Of a stretch of 21,668 nt of DNA, positions 1 to 7,377 are shown in pieces. The position numbers and the translations under genes were made by a program. Position 1 is the first letter of the stretch; each line of letters opens with the position of its first letter. This DNA is from a virus (Duplodnaviria > Heunggongvirae > Uroviricota > Caudoviricetes): IMG/VR virus record IMGVR_UViG_3300005683_000050, positions 1-21,668 of that record. One strand, written 5' to 3'. The notes below the pieces were generated by a model. That model saw only the letters and a list, made by a program, of their open reading frames with translations, had not been told where the DNA came from and ran no database searches.

Positions 1-51
1 GGAAACCTGGGGCATCTTAATATATATAATATATATCAACGCTACGCGTTG
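1..51. repeat. 51-bp exact direct repeat, copy 1 (may extend beyond the window start)
   Basis: ggaaacctggggcatcttaatatatataatatatatcaacgctacgcgttg is identical to 17485-17535; weaker similarity (ttttcaccga) continues for ~25 nt. Confidence 0.97.
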
Positions 52-84
52 ACTCTTTCTTTTTCACCGAGAAAGGAATGCCTC

Positions 85-113
85 TTGACAAAACCTCTGC
101 ATCGTTGTATAAT
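85..113 (+). promoter_or_regulatory. sigma70-type promoter for the tRNA-Cys/HNH transcript
   Basis: Perfect TTGACA (85-90), 17-nt spacer, TATAAT (108-113). Confidence 0.9.
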
Positions 114-119
114 TCTAAG

Positions 120-193
120 GACGACGGAACTCATTTGGTGATGGGACTCGTCTGCAAAACGAGTAAAATCGGGTTCGACTCCCGCCGTCGTCT
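120..193 (+). tRNA. tRNA-Cys (GCA), CCA not encoded
   Basis: Acceptor stem GACGACG(120-126)/CGTCGTC(186-192); anticodon arm CTCGT-ctGCAaa-ACGAG; T arm CGGG-TTCGACT-CCCG; discriminator U as expected for tRNA-Cys. Confidence 0.9.
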
Positions 194-209
194 CTCACAA
201 GGAGATATT

Positions 210-725
210 ATGAAAAACGTATTACTGTTGAACGCAGACTTCACGCCGCGCCGAGTAGTCACGCTTGAAAGGGCTATCTTGCTGTTGTTTCGGCAACGGG
301 CTGAACTTGTCGCAGCTAGGGATGGCGAAGTGTTGCGCTCTCCGTCTATGACAATGGAATATCCGTCTGTAATTCGGATGAAACAGTACCGCAATGTTCC
401 TCGTATGAAAGCAACGTGGAGGGCAAAAGAAGTACTGAAACGGGACGACTATACTTGTATTTACTGCGGGAAAAAACTAAAGTCCGACGAAGCGACTCTT
501 GAGCATATTTACCCAAAGTCAAGGTGCAAGAAGGAGGGCATTCCAGCAAACACTTGGGTAAATACGGCGTGTGCTTGCAAAAAGTGTCAAACCAAAAAGG
601 GCGACAGAACTATCGGTGAGTCTGGGATGAAGCTATTGTGGGAGCCGCGCATTCCACGCACGAATTACGTGGTCGTCTCGGACGATTGCGACGACACGTG
701 GAAGTACTACATAGAGGGACATTAA
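210..725 (+). CDS. HNH endonuclease (McrA-like family)
   Basis: RDDYTCIYCG, TLEHIYPKSR and WVNTACACKKCQTKKG motifs; SD AAGGAG just before ATG 210. The ORF-track 5' extension overlaps the tRNA and promoter. Confidence 0.88.
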   Translation: MKNVLLLNADFTPRRVVTLERAILLLFRQRAELVAARDGEVLRSPSMTMEYPSVIRMKQYRNVPRMKATWRAKEVLKRDDYTCIYCGKKLKSDEATLEHIYPKSRCKKEGIPANTWVNTACACKKCQTKKGDRTIGESGMKLLWEPRIPRTNYVVVSDDCDDTWKYYIEGH

Positions 726-727
726 AT

Positions 728-1006
728 ATGAAAACGTTATTGCTGTTTCTTTACCTTTCCAACGAAGATATGCCACACATGCAAAGCGTTGCTGATGGTA
801 TACAGGAACACCCCATTCTCAGTAATTCGCCGCTAAAGTTCGACAAGCACTACACGGTACTAACTCACCGTTCAGTCTTAACAACATTTTCGTTTTCTGA
901 AAGTGTGCATGGTACTCAGATATATAAATTTGAACAATGGTTCACGACACGTTGCGGATATAAGTTTCAAATATGTAAGTCTATGATTTGTGAGGAGAGT
1001 GAATAA
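728..1006 (+). CDS. hypothetical protein
   Basis: ATG 2 nt after the HNH stop; TAATG overlap with the next gene. Confidence 0.6.
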   Translation: MKTLLLFLYLSNEDMPHMQSVADGIQEHPILSNSPLKFDKHYTVLTHRSVLTTFSFSESVHGTQIYKFEQWFTTRCGYKFQICKSMICEESE

Positions 1007-1365
1007 TGGGATGGTATGGGTTTGACCTTGATGGCACTCTCGCTAGAGACGACAGGGAATGGGACGGTGGGATTGGAGAGCCAATCCCACCGATGATTGA
1101 AAATGTAAAGTTCTTGCTTTCGCACGGGATAGACGTGAGAATTTTTACCGCTAGGGTTTCAAAGGCAGACGGAGTAGGCGCGTCCTCTGGACTAGAGGCA
1201 ACCGACGAATTCATTGCCGAGCAGGAAAGAGTGATTCAGGAATGGTGCTTGAAACATATAGGAAAAGTACTCCCAGTAACCTGCATTAAGGACTTTCACA
1301 TGGTGTGTCTTTTTGACGACAGGGCATATCGAGTCATTAGGAACACTGGAGAGATAGTGTACTAA
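1006..1365 (+). CDS. HAD-superfamily phosphatase (polynucleotide 3'-phosphatase/nucleotidase-like)
   Basis: HAD motif I FDLDGTL, motif II FTAR, K, and motif IV FDDR. Confidence 0.8.
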   Translation: MGWYGFDLDGTLARDDREWDGGIGEPIPPMIENVKFLLSHGIDVRIFTARVSKADGVGASSGLEATDEFIAEQERVIQEWCLKHIGKVLPVTCIKDFHMVCLFDDRAYRVIRNTGEIVY

Positions 1366-1382
1366 ACGAAAGGCATACAAAC

Positions 1383-2162
1383 ATGCTGGATTTTCACAAA
1401 AAACATGAATTCTACAATAACAATGGATTCGACCTTAACGCACATTGGCTGTTTCTGGCAGAGAATGGTAGTGTGTCTCAAAACCTTAACACACCAGAAA
1501 GTAACCATGACTTTATTGGCGTCGTCATTCCGCCAATGGATTACTCTCTCGCACCATTCCACGATGAATATCAGATGCCATTCAAGCATTGGGAGTGGAA
1601 GGACGAAGATGGCTACTCTGAGGGTAAGTTCTATTCTCTACTCAGATTTGCGGAGTTGGTGTTGAACGGGAATCCCTCTGTGGTATCGGTTCTATGGAAC
1701 ATGCCGTATCACATGCAGACACACCCACACTTCAATGGATTCATAAACAAACGACACGCTCTCGTTTCGTATGATACAGTGCGGCACTGCATGGGATTTG
1801 CAAAGAACGAAGTCCTGCAAATGCAGAGGGTTACTAAGGAATCCTCTGCGAAACGAGTACAATACGTATCTCGTTTCGGTTATTACCCGAAGAGCGCAGT
1901 AGCGGCAATCCGCATGTTGAAGATGTCTATTGAGTTGTGCAACACTGGAGAGTTGACTGTATACAGAACGGGCGATAGAGAACAACTCATGGAGATTAAA
2001 CGCGGAGAGTGGCAGCTGAGTTCTGTTCTTCAATACTATGAGGAATTGAATGCCGAACTGCTTGACGTTGGCGTGGGGAAAGTGCTGAGGGAGCATGTTG
2101 ACAAGGATGTTGTTCGCGCGCTTGTCCTCGATATTTACAGAAGGAAATACAAGTGCCTCTAG
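1383..2162 (+). CDS. DNA polymerase beta-superfamily nucleotidyltransferase (YcgL-like)
   Basis: GS-x9-SNHD-x-xGV, NP.vv..L, K...A.IR.L and L.EIKRGE motifs; the first catalytic Asp appears as Asn. Confidence 0.75.
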   Translation: MLDFHKKHEFYNNNGFDLNAHWLFLAENGSVSQNLNTPESNHDFIGVVIPPMDYSLAPFHDEYQMPFKHWEWKDEDGYSEGKFYSLLRFAELVLNGNPSVVSVLWNMPYHMQTHPHFNGFINKRHALVSYDTVRHCMGFAKNEVLQMQRVTKESSAKRVQYVSRFGYYPKSAVAAIRMLKMSIELCNTGELTVYRTGDREQLMEIKRGEWQLSSVLQYYEELNAELLDVGVGKVLREHVDKDVVRALVLDIYRRKYKCL

Positions 2163-2518
2163 TTATTAACTTGGGATGGATGCCTCCCCAGTTGTTTCGT
2201 AACCGAGAGAGAACGGAACACTGGGGAGTCAGGCAGAAGTTCTCCAAACAATGTAGAGAAGATTCTCGGATAGCAACGCTTGCATCGTTAATGGAAAATC
2301 AGATATTCAGAATTCCAGATAATGATATACCAATTTCGATATATTTTTATCCGCCAGACAAAAGACGCAGGGATGTTGATGGAATGCACTCTGCAATAAA
2401 AGCTTCATTGGATGGAATAGCAGACGCTCTCGGTATTGATGACCAAAGATTCAATCCGACACAGTTGGTCAGATGTAATCCTCAAAAGGGCGGTAAGGTA
2501 AAGGTGATTATAGGGTAA
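2153..2518 (+). CDS. rusA: RusA-family Holliday junction resolvase
   Basis: FYPPDKRRRDVDG...K..LDG......DD signature; ~120 aa. Confidence 0.8.
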   Translation: MPLVINLGWMPPQLFRNRERTEHWGVRQKFSKQCREDSRIATLASLMENQIFRIPDNDIPISIYFYPPDKRRRDVDGMHSAIKASLDGIADALGIDDQRFNPTQLVRCNPQKGGKVKVIIG

Positions 2519-3000
2519 TGCCAAACGGATATGTTCACAATAGGTTCACAATCATACTCGGAGTTTTAACGATTCCAGCGTCGTTGCTGTTTGTAGACCC
2601 TCAGACCGCAATGTGGTATGGCGCAGGCGTAGCTCTGGGAATTATTATGACTCCAGACCTAGACCAAGCAGAAATACACTCTGTCACGCCTCAGCAAATG
2701 GTCGGAAACGCGCTTGGGGAGTTCGCGGAAAATATATATCGGGTTATATGGTTTCCGTATGGATTGTTTATATCGCACCGTTCTTGGGTAAGTCATTTTC
2801 CAGTGGTTGGAACTGCAATTCGTCTTTTGTACTTGTATGTATTGTATTGGTGTGCATGTTGGACTTTGCGGATAGAGCCGATTCCACTACAAGTTCCGAT
2901 TCCACTTGTTGTCGGACTCGTCATTGCCGATACACAACATTTCATCTTAGACCAGCTTCCTTTTTTCCGCGGAGAAAAGAAGCAACGAAAAAAAGGATAA
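2518..3000 (+). CDS. metal-binding membrane protein (DUF2227/YdjM-like putative hydrolase)
   Basis: MP.G..H, PDLD, HRSWVSH and H..LD motifs between hydrophobic segments. Confidence 0.7.
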   Translation: MPNGYVHNRFTIILGVLTIPASLLFVDPQTAMWYGAGVALGIIMTPDLDQAEIHSVTPQQMVGNALGEFAENIYRVIWFPYGLFISHRSWVSHFPVVGTAIRLLYLYVLYWCACWTLRIEPIPLQVPIPLVVGLVIADTQHFILDQLPFFRGEKKQRKKG

Positions 3001-3004
3001 CAAC

Positions 3005-3103
3005 GTGAAATTCAAAACTGATGATGTGATTCCGTTTCTGCTTATAATTAACATCATATTCTACGCACTTATTTTTGGGATTGCCTTGATTATTAGTAGT
3101 TGA
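3005..3103 (+). CDS. small membrane peptide (32 aa)
   Basis: Manual translation MKFKTDDVIPFLLIINIIFYALIFGIALIISS; GTG start with AAGGA upstream; below the ORF-track cutoff. Confidence 0.45.
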   Translation: MKFKTDDVIPFLLIINIIFYALIFGIALIISS

Positions 3104-3128
3104 CATTTGCACTGATTTGTGGTATACT
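3100..3128 (+). promoter_or_regulatory. sigma70-type promoter for the non-coding transcript
   Basis: TTGACA (3100-3105), 17 nt, TGg-TATACT extended -10 (3123-3128). Confidence 0.85.
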
Positions 3129-3132
3129 TACA

Positions 3133-3422
3133 GTAAGAGGCAAAGCTTAACAGCCGCTAGATAACTCCCGAACACAGGTAAAGGGATAGTCGGATACTTC
3201 GGCGTAGTAATGCCCCACCTGTTTACTCGTTAATTCCATGCGAGTATAAATAAAGGAAACTGTCTGCCACTTTGCATGTAGTATGGTACATTATCTGAAA
3301 ATAGCCACATAAGAAATATCGGGTATGTGGCAGACAAATCATCTCTACGTAATTGTGCGTAGAGTAAAAATAAGTGTAGGTCGTTTAATCTCGATAGGGG
3401 ATGCGAACGGGTCAACTTACAC
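3133..3422 (+). ncRNA. candidate structured ncRNA, family unassigned
   Basis: Lies between a promoter and a terminator with no + strand ORF; stems at 3174-3179/3217-3222, 3224-3230/3240-3246, 3261-3270/3327-3336, 3343-3351/3356-3364 and 3374-3380/3416-3422. Confidence 0.6.
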
Positions 3423-3423
3423 G

Positions 3424-3455
3424 AAACCCCACTACTGTTAGTGGGGTTTTTGTTT
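3424..3455. terminator. intrinsic terminator, probably bidirectional
   Basis: aaaccccacta-ctgt-tagtggggttt followed by a T-run, between convergent transcription units. Confidence 0.85.
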
Positions 3456-3660
3456 ATCTTATTTCTATGGATTTTTTCCCGACCTTGCAGAATGCCACTC
3501 CTCCGATATATTCTACAGTCCCTTTTCGTTTTGAACATACCGACCTGTTATATTGAATGCTTAAACTTGCCGCGTCCGAGTATGTTTTGAAACTGGAAAC
3601 CGCAAACAAGACAGTGCTTGCTAGTATCAATAGAATTGCAACTGAAATAATCTTAGACAT
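3454..3660 (-). CDS. small protein with N-terminal signal/TM segment
   Basis: Hydrophobic N-terminus, C-x3-G...C pair; SD GGAG upstream. Confidence 0.65.
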   Translation of the reverse strand: MSKIISVAILLILASTVLFAVSSFKTYSDAASLSIQYNRSVCSKRKGTVEYIGGVAFCKVGKKSIEIR

Positions 3661-3679
3661 TCCACACTCCGTTGTGTTT

Positions 3680-3713
3680 TGCTATGCCCCAATGGGTTAC
3701 TTATTTATTGGCT
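3680..3713 (-). ncRNA. candidate tigRNA-like guide unit 2 (34 nt, possibly degenerate)
   Basis: Minus strand AGCCA-ataaata-AGTAACCCA-ttggggcat-AGCA; shares an exact 14-mer with the 6605-6640 unit. Confidence 0.4.
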
Positions 3714-3746
3714 GTCACTCTGCGCTATTTGTGGGGCTATGTTTTT

Positions 3747-3884
3747 CTACTTTGCTCCGCCTGCAAGAACATTTCCGCAAGCACAACATCCTACACACAA
3801 AATGTCGCACTTCCCAGTAAGGTAGTTAAATGCAAACCATGCAAACTGAAACTTTGGTTGGTGTTTACATTCGTTGTTTTTCAT
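3747..3884 (-). CDS. small Cys-rich protein (45 aa), possible zinc ribbon
   Basis: Manual translation MKNNECKHQPKFQFAWFAFNYLTGKCDILCVGCCACGNVLAGGAK, directly downstream of a consensus promoter. Confidence 0.55.
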   Translation of the reverse strand: MKNNECKHQPKFQFAWFAFNYLTGKCDILCVGCCACGNVLAGGAK

Positions 3885-3893
3885 GTCAATTCA

Positions 3894-3922
3894 ATTATAC
3901 TGTATCCGTAGGAATTTGTCAA
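3894..3922 (-). promoter_or_regulatory. sigma70-type promoter
   Basis: TTGACA-17-TATAAT on the minus strand; the -35 contains the radical SAM TGA stop. Confidence 0.88.
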
Positions 3923-4806
3923 GACATTGAACGTACATGGTGAAACATTTCAATCACATCCATTCCAATGAATGAATACCTATTTGGAGACGTAGAGTTT
4001 TTGGCATATGCGCCAAGCACGGCATCAATGTAGAATGTATATTTTCCGTCGTCTCCCATGTACATTTCTTCCCACTGACTTTCTGTCAAGAATCTCTTCG
4101 GGTCAAGTTGTTCGATTGCCAAATTGTCAAACGATACCAATGAGACATTTTGCATAATCTCGCCCAACGAATCGTACAATCCGCCATCTAGGGTGTCGAA
4201 ACTCTTTCCGCGACCCCAATCCTTGTATCCGAGAATCAGAATCTTTGCGTTTTCTCCGTAGAGCATACGAATTGTGTCAATCGAGTGGACTCGGTTAATG
4301 ACATGCAAAATCGCGTTCGGCAAAAGTAAAACATCCAACAGTTTTTTGTTGACCGTTGTGTGTAGAGAGACCCCAATTCCATATATCAACTTATCATCCA
4401 CAAGGCGACAAAGCAAGTCCAGATACTTTGGCTGCTCGGTATGAAACTGGTTTACCGTAATGTTGCAAATCACACCGTCTTCTTTTTGCCGCCGCAAAAA
4501 TTCAATGAGGTCTGGGTGGTCAAGTGGGTTTCCTCCACCAATCGCCAGTTCTTGTCCAGCGATGAATCGCGGCAGTGTTAACAGGTCGGCGTGTTTTCCT
4601 CTTACGGTTGACATTTCGTGACACCACCTGCATCCCGCGTCACAATAGTTCGTTATCTTTAGGTCTATGTTTTCCGCGTGGTTCGGAATAAATGCATCGT
4701 GCTTTGTGACTCGGATTTTTGTTCCGTCGTCAAAGAGAATGACCCTGTAGTTCCCGTTTTTATATGTTGCTAATTGGTTCATGTTTATAAGGGGACGACT
4801 TTTCAT
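3919..4806 (-). CDS. radical SAM enzyme
   Basis: CxxxCxxC (CDAGCRWC), GGGNP, NITVN and GVS motifs; no C-terminal SPASM cysteines; start uncertain (4815, 4806 or 4782). Confidence 0.9.
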   Translation of the reverse strand: MKSRPLINMNQLATYKNGNYRVILFDDGTKIRVTKHDAFIPNHAENIDLKITNYCDAGCRWCHEMSTVRGKHADLLTLPRFIAGQELAIGGGNPLDHPDLIEFLRRQKEDGVICNITVNQFHTEQPKYLDLLCRLVDDKLIYGIGVSLHTTVNKKLLDVLLLPNAILHVINRVHSIDTIRMLYGENAKILILGYKDWGRGKSFDTLDGGLYDSLGEIMQNVSLVSFDNLAIEQLDPKRFLTESQWEEMYMGDDGKYTFYIDAVLGAYAKNSTSPNRYSFIGMDVIEMFHHVRSMS

Positions 4807-4817
4807 CGTCCCCAATC

Positions 4818-5093
4818 CTATCCGTCGCCGCGCACGACACTAATCGCAAAAACCTTTCCGTATGGAGTGTCAATTGATTTAATCTCCGTACCGTCATCGT
4901 CGGTCACAAACTCTTCAAATGTTATATACCGCCATTGATTCCCTTGTGGTTTTTCTACGAATTTCTTGTCAATTCTGTCGTAGACAATCTCACCATTAAC
5001 GAATCTAGTGTAATCATCCGACATCATCATTACAAGTGTATGGGTTGAGCTGGAGTTGGTCTCAAAGGCAGATGCCCTAACATTAACTCTCAT
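4818..5093 (-). CDS. FETNSSSTH-motif protein 3
   Basis: Begins MRVNVRASAFETNSSSTH; ATGA-coupled to the upstream paralog. Confidence 0.85.
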   Translation of the reverse strand: MRVNVRASAFETNSSSTHTLVMMMSDDYTRFVNGEIVYDRIDKKFVEKPQGNQWRYITFEEFVTDDDGTEIKSIDTPYGKVFAISVVRGDG

Positions 5094-5383
5094 TGGTACC
5101 CATACTTTCCAAAGACAACAATCTTTTCACCATTAGGAGTGGTGTATTGTTTCATATACGTTTCCATCATATCGTCTGCGAAAAACTGCTCGTATGTTTC
5201 TTGCTCTGAGTAATCGTCGTCTTGCGGTTCTTGCAGTTCTTCTAACTTGTCGCCGTAAAGACCATATACATATACTTTCTTCCCTTGCTTGAACTGGTCA
5301 AACTCATCCTGCGTACAAATTGTCAATGTGTGTGTTGAGCTGGAATTTGTCTCGAATGCACTTTTTCTAATCTGGTATTTCAT
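5090..5383 (-). CDS. FETNSSSTH-motif protein 2
   Basis: Begins MKYQIRKSAFETNSSSTH; SD AGGAG; ATGA overlap with the methyltransferase stop. Confidence 0.85.
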   Translation of the reverse strand: MKYQIRKSAFETNSSSTHTLTICTQDEFDQFKQGKKVYVYGLYGDKLEELQEPQDDDYSEQETYEQFFADDMMETYMKQYTTPNGEKIVVFGKYGYQ

Positions 5384-6045
5384 ATGTCCGTCTCCTGATA
5401 ATATATCATTTCGTTCTTGTATCCTCGCTGAGCGTACTGCCTCTTCAATGGTACAAACTCCATCCAATCAGCTTTATCGTTTTCGCAAACAATAACTTGT
5501 CCGAGACGAGACTTTGACCACTCTCCCAGCGCAGGGTAATCTATTTTATTGTGAACATATCTCCGTCCTCCGTGTTGGTACGGAGGGTCAATGAACCATG
5601 TAGCGACACGATTCTCCGCGTCCATGCCATCTCCGAGAATAATATCCCAGTGGCGTATGCGATACAGGTTTTCTGCTATCCATTTTTTTCTATTCTCCCA
5701 CCATGTTTCGGCGTTGGAATAGTTTCCAGTGGTCTTGTGCGGTTTAGGAGTTCCCCTGTTTCCGCAAAAAGATACGATGTCGTTTTCGGCTTCCGTTAGA
5801 TAGGCGTGTCTTTGAATTGTCTTCCTCTTAACCGAAGGGAGTGCAAGAATGTCTGACGGACTAGCTTCTTGAAGATATTTCCATACCCTGAAAAGTCTGT
5901 CGTACTTTTCATACAGTACGACATTCTTCTCGAAGTGTAACAGAGAATACTGTGCCGACCCAGCGAAAGGTTCAATCACGGTGTCGTATTTGGGCGCGGG
6001 ATACACGGACGCAACTCTTATCTTACTTCCGTAATAGCTAATCAT
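5380..6045 (-). CDS. DNA adenine methyltransferase (Dam/D12-class-like)
   Basis: SYYGSK, EPFAGSA (SAM-binding) and DPPY (catalytic) motifs; start set at MISYYGSK. Confidence 0.85.
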   Translation of the reverse strand: MISYYGSKIRVASVYPAPKYDTVIEPFAGSAQYSLLHFEKNVVLYEKYDRLFRVWKYLQEASPSDILALPSVKRKTIQRHAYLTEAENDIVSFCGNRGTPKPHKTTGNYSNAETWWENRKKWIAENLYRIRHWDIILGDGMDAENRVATWFIDPPYQHGGRRYVHNKIDYPALGEWSKSRLGQVIVCENDKADWMEFVPLKRQYAQRGYKNEMIYYQETDI

Positions 6046-6535
6046 GGTTGTCGTTGTCAATGACGATATACGACCCTGTTCCAAAAATAAGGCTTTCCAA
6101 TTGTCGTATAAAGTCTTCCTTTTTAATTTTTGTGTCAAGGATAAAGTCGAGAACTCCTATTGACTGGTGGTCAATATATCCAAGCGAGAACAATTCGTCG
6201 GGATTCTTTAGTGGAATAAAATTTACAGAATGACCAGTCTTTTCTTCTATCATTCCCATTATCCATTTATACTGCCTTAGATTTTTCATACGACTGATAA
6301 TGGAAGACGGATTTAATCTAAAATTATTCGCGAGAGCGACCTTGTATGCCATATGGGTAAGTATGTATGACAACTTTTCAGACGGAGTTCTCAGGACTTC
6401 GTATCCCCACCCAAACTCTCCAGGGTAGATGTCCGCGTCTACGAGATACTTTTTCGCGCAATCAGTCTTAATGGTTACGGAATGCGTGGAGCTTGAGTTG
6501 GTTTCAAACGTTCCGTTGCGAATTTGAATTTTCAT
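6038..6535 (-). CDS. FETNSSSTH-motif protein 1
   Basis: Begins MKIQIRNGTFETNSSSTH; also YIDHQS and C-terminal DNDNHD; first gene after a promoter. Confidence 0.85.
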   Translation of the reverse strand: MKIQIRNGTFETNSSSTHSVTIKTDCAKKYLVDADIYPGEFGWGYEVLRTPSEKLSYILTHMAYKVALANNFRLNPSSIISRMKNLRQYKWIMGMIEEKTGHSVNFIPLKNPDELFSLGYIDHQSIGVLDFILDTKIKKEDFIRQLESLIFGTGSYIVIDNDNHD

Positions 6536-6541
6536 ACTATG

Positions 6542-6570
6542 ATTTTACACTACATTTTGAATTTTGTCAA
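6542..6570 (-). promoter_or_regulatory. sigma70-type promoter, leaderless, for the FETNSSSTH/radical SAM operon
   Basis: TTGACA-17-TAAAAT, 6 nt, then ATG 6535. Confidence 0.85.
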
Positions 6571-6576
6571 GATGGG

Positions 6577-6604
6577 AAAAAACAACCATTAAGTAATGGG
6601 TTGT
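6577..6604 (-). terminator. intrinsic terminator after the 36-nt unit
   Basis: Minus strand acaacccatt-actt-aatggttgt followed by TTTTT. Confidence 0.55.
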
Positions 6605-6640
6605 CGCTGTAATACAATGGGTTACTTAAACACTACGGCA
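6605..6640 (-). ncRNA. candidate tigRNA-like guide unit 1 (36 nt)
   Basis: Minus strand TGCCG-tagtgttta-AGTAACCCA-ttgtattac-AGCG (5+9+9+9+4); TATAAT 5 nt upstream (6646-6651) and a terminator directly downstream; ~730 nt downstream of the TasA-like gene on the same strand. Confidence 0.55.
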
Positions 6641-6646
6641 ACACCA

Positions 6647-7084
6647 TTATATATCGGAATCATCGTCCTTGAATTCAATTCCCATACACTCGAACATATC
6701 GGCAATCAACGACGGGTACGCTAAAATAGCCCTATCACTCTGCCATGTTGACTCAGAATGATACACGTCTTTTTCCTCCATGAATCGGAAAAGTAAATCT
6801 GCAATCCTGCGGGCGTCCATATGGATTACAACTTTGTCGTTTTCATATCTTAGGCTAGACGACATGGAAACATTTATCACTGGAACTTGCTCTTGCGGAC
6901 TGTTGTCTGGAAACGACTCGTCTCGATAAAATAAATAAGATACGTTCCTTGCTGGGTCATGTGACGAACCGACAAACTCCGCCGTTGACGGAAGACCGCG
7001 CGTACACGTTCCAACTATCAGATTTCCCTCAGTTACAATGTCTTTCAACAATCTTCCGCCTACCATTACTGATTTTACTCTCAA
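6647..7084 (-). CDS. hypothetical protein
   Basis: 145-aa ORF, overlap-coupled to the upstream gene. Confidence 0.7.
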   Translation of the reverse strand: MRVKSVMVGGRLLKDIVTEGNLIVGTCTRGLPSTAEFVGSSHDPARNVSYLFYRDESFPDNSPQEQVPVINVSMSSSLRYENDKVVIHMDARRIADLLFRFMEEKDVYHSESTWQSDRAILAYPSLIADMFECMGIEFKDDDSDI

Positions 7085-7377
7085 TGTGGAAACTCTCCAT
7101 TCAGGATACCTCTATCTGTCAATTCATCAACAACGGTTTTAATCTCGACGCCAGACATTTCTGTTCCGCCAATAAGGTTGTACAGCATTTTCCACAAAAA
7201 CTCTATCAACTCAATATCGCTCATTTTGTTTTTTGTGGATATTGCGTCTGTATCTCCAGTGAAATTGTTTCCCGACTCTAGAATCTCACGTTTCCTCTTG
7301 TTTGTGTTATATATTTCTTTCTGAATGTAATCGTCGTATAGGTCGGCAATTTCCGATTCTGTCAAAGTGTCGTTCAT
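7081..7377 (-). CDS. hypothetical protein
   Basis: SD GGAGG; ATGA overlap with the TasA-like gene. Confidence 0.7.
   Translation of the reverse strand: MNDTLTESEIADLYDDYIQKEIYNTNKRKREILESGNNFTGDTDAISTKNKMSDIELIEFLWKMLYNLIGGTEMSGVEIKTVVDELTDRGILNGEFPH

Noticed and set aside
78-209. N-terminal extension of the HNH ORF
   Set aside because: It overlaps a perfect promoter and a tRNA; the SD supports ATG 210
3133-3422. tmRNA, RNase P RNA, SRP RNA or group I intron
   Set aside because: No T-arm/CCA end, no GAGGAAAGUCC, no SRP helix-8 motif; aagggatagtcgg resembles a group I S element but has no matching R element or core
3230-3538. Minus-strand 102-aa ORF
   Set aside because: It crosses a strong terminator, overlaps the better ORF 3454-3660, and lies antisense to the promoter-defined RNA
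5384-5467. N-terminal extension of ORF 5090-5467
   Set aside because: It lies inside the methyltransferase; SD, ATGA coupling and motif register support a start at 5383
6046-6138. N-terminal extension of the methyltransferase ORF
   Set aside because: It overlaps FETNSSSTH protein 1; family motifs begin at MISYYGSK
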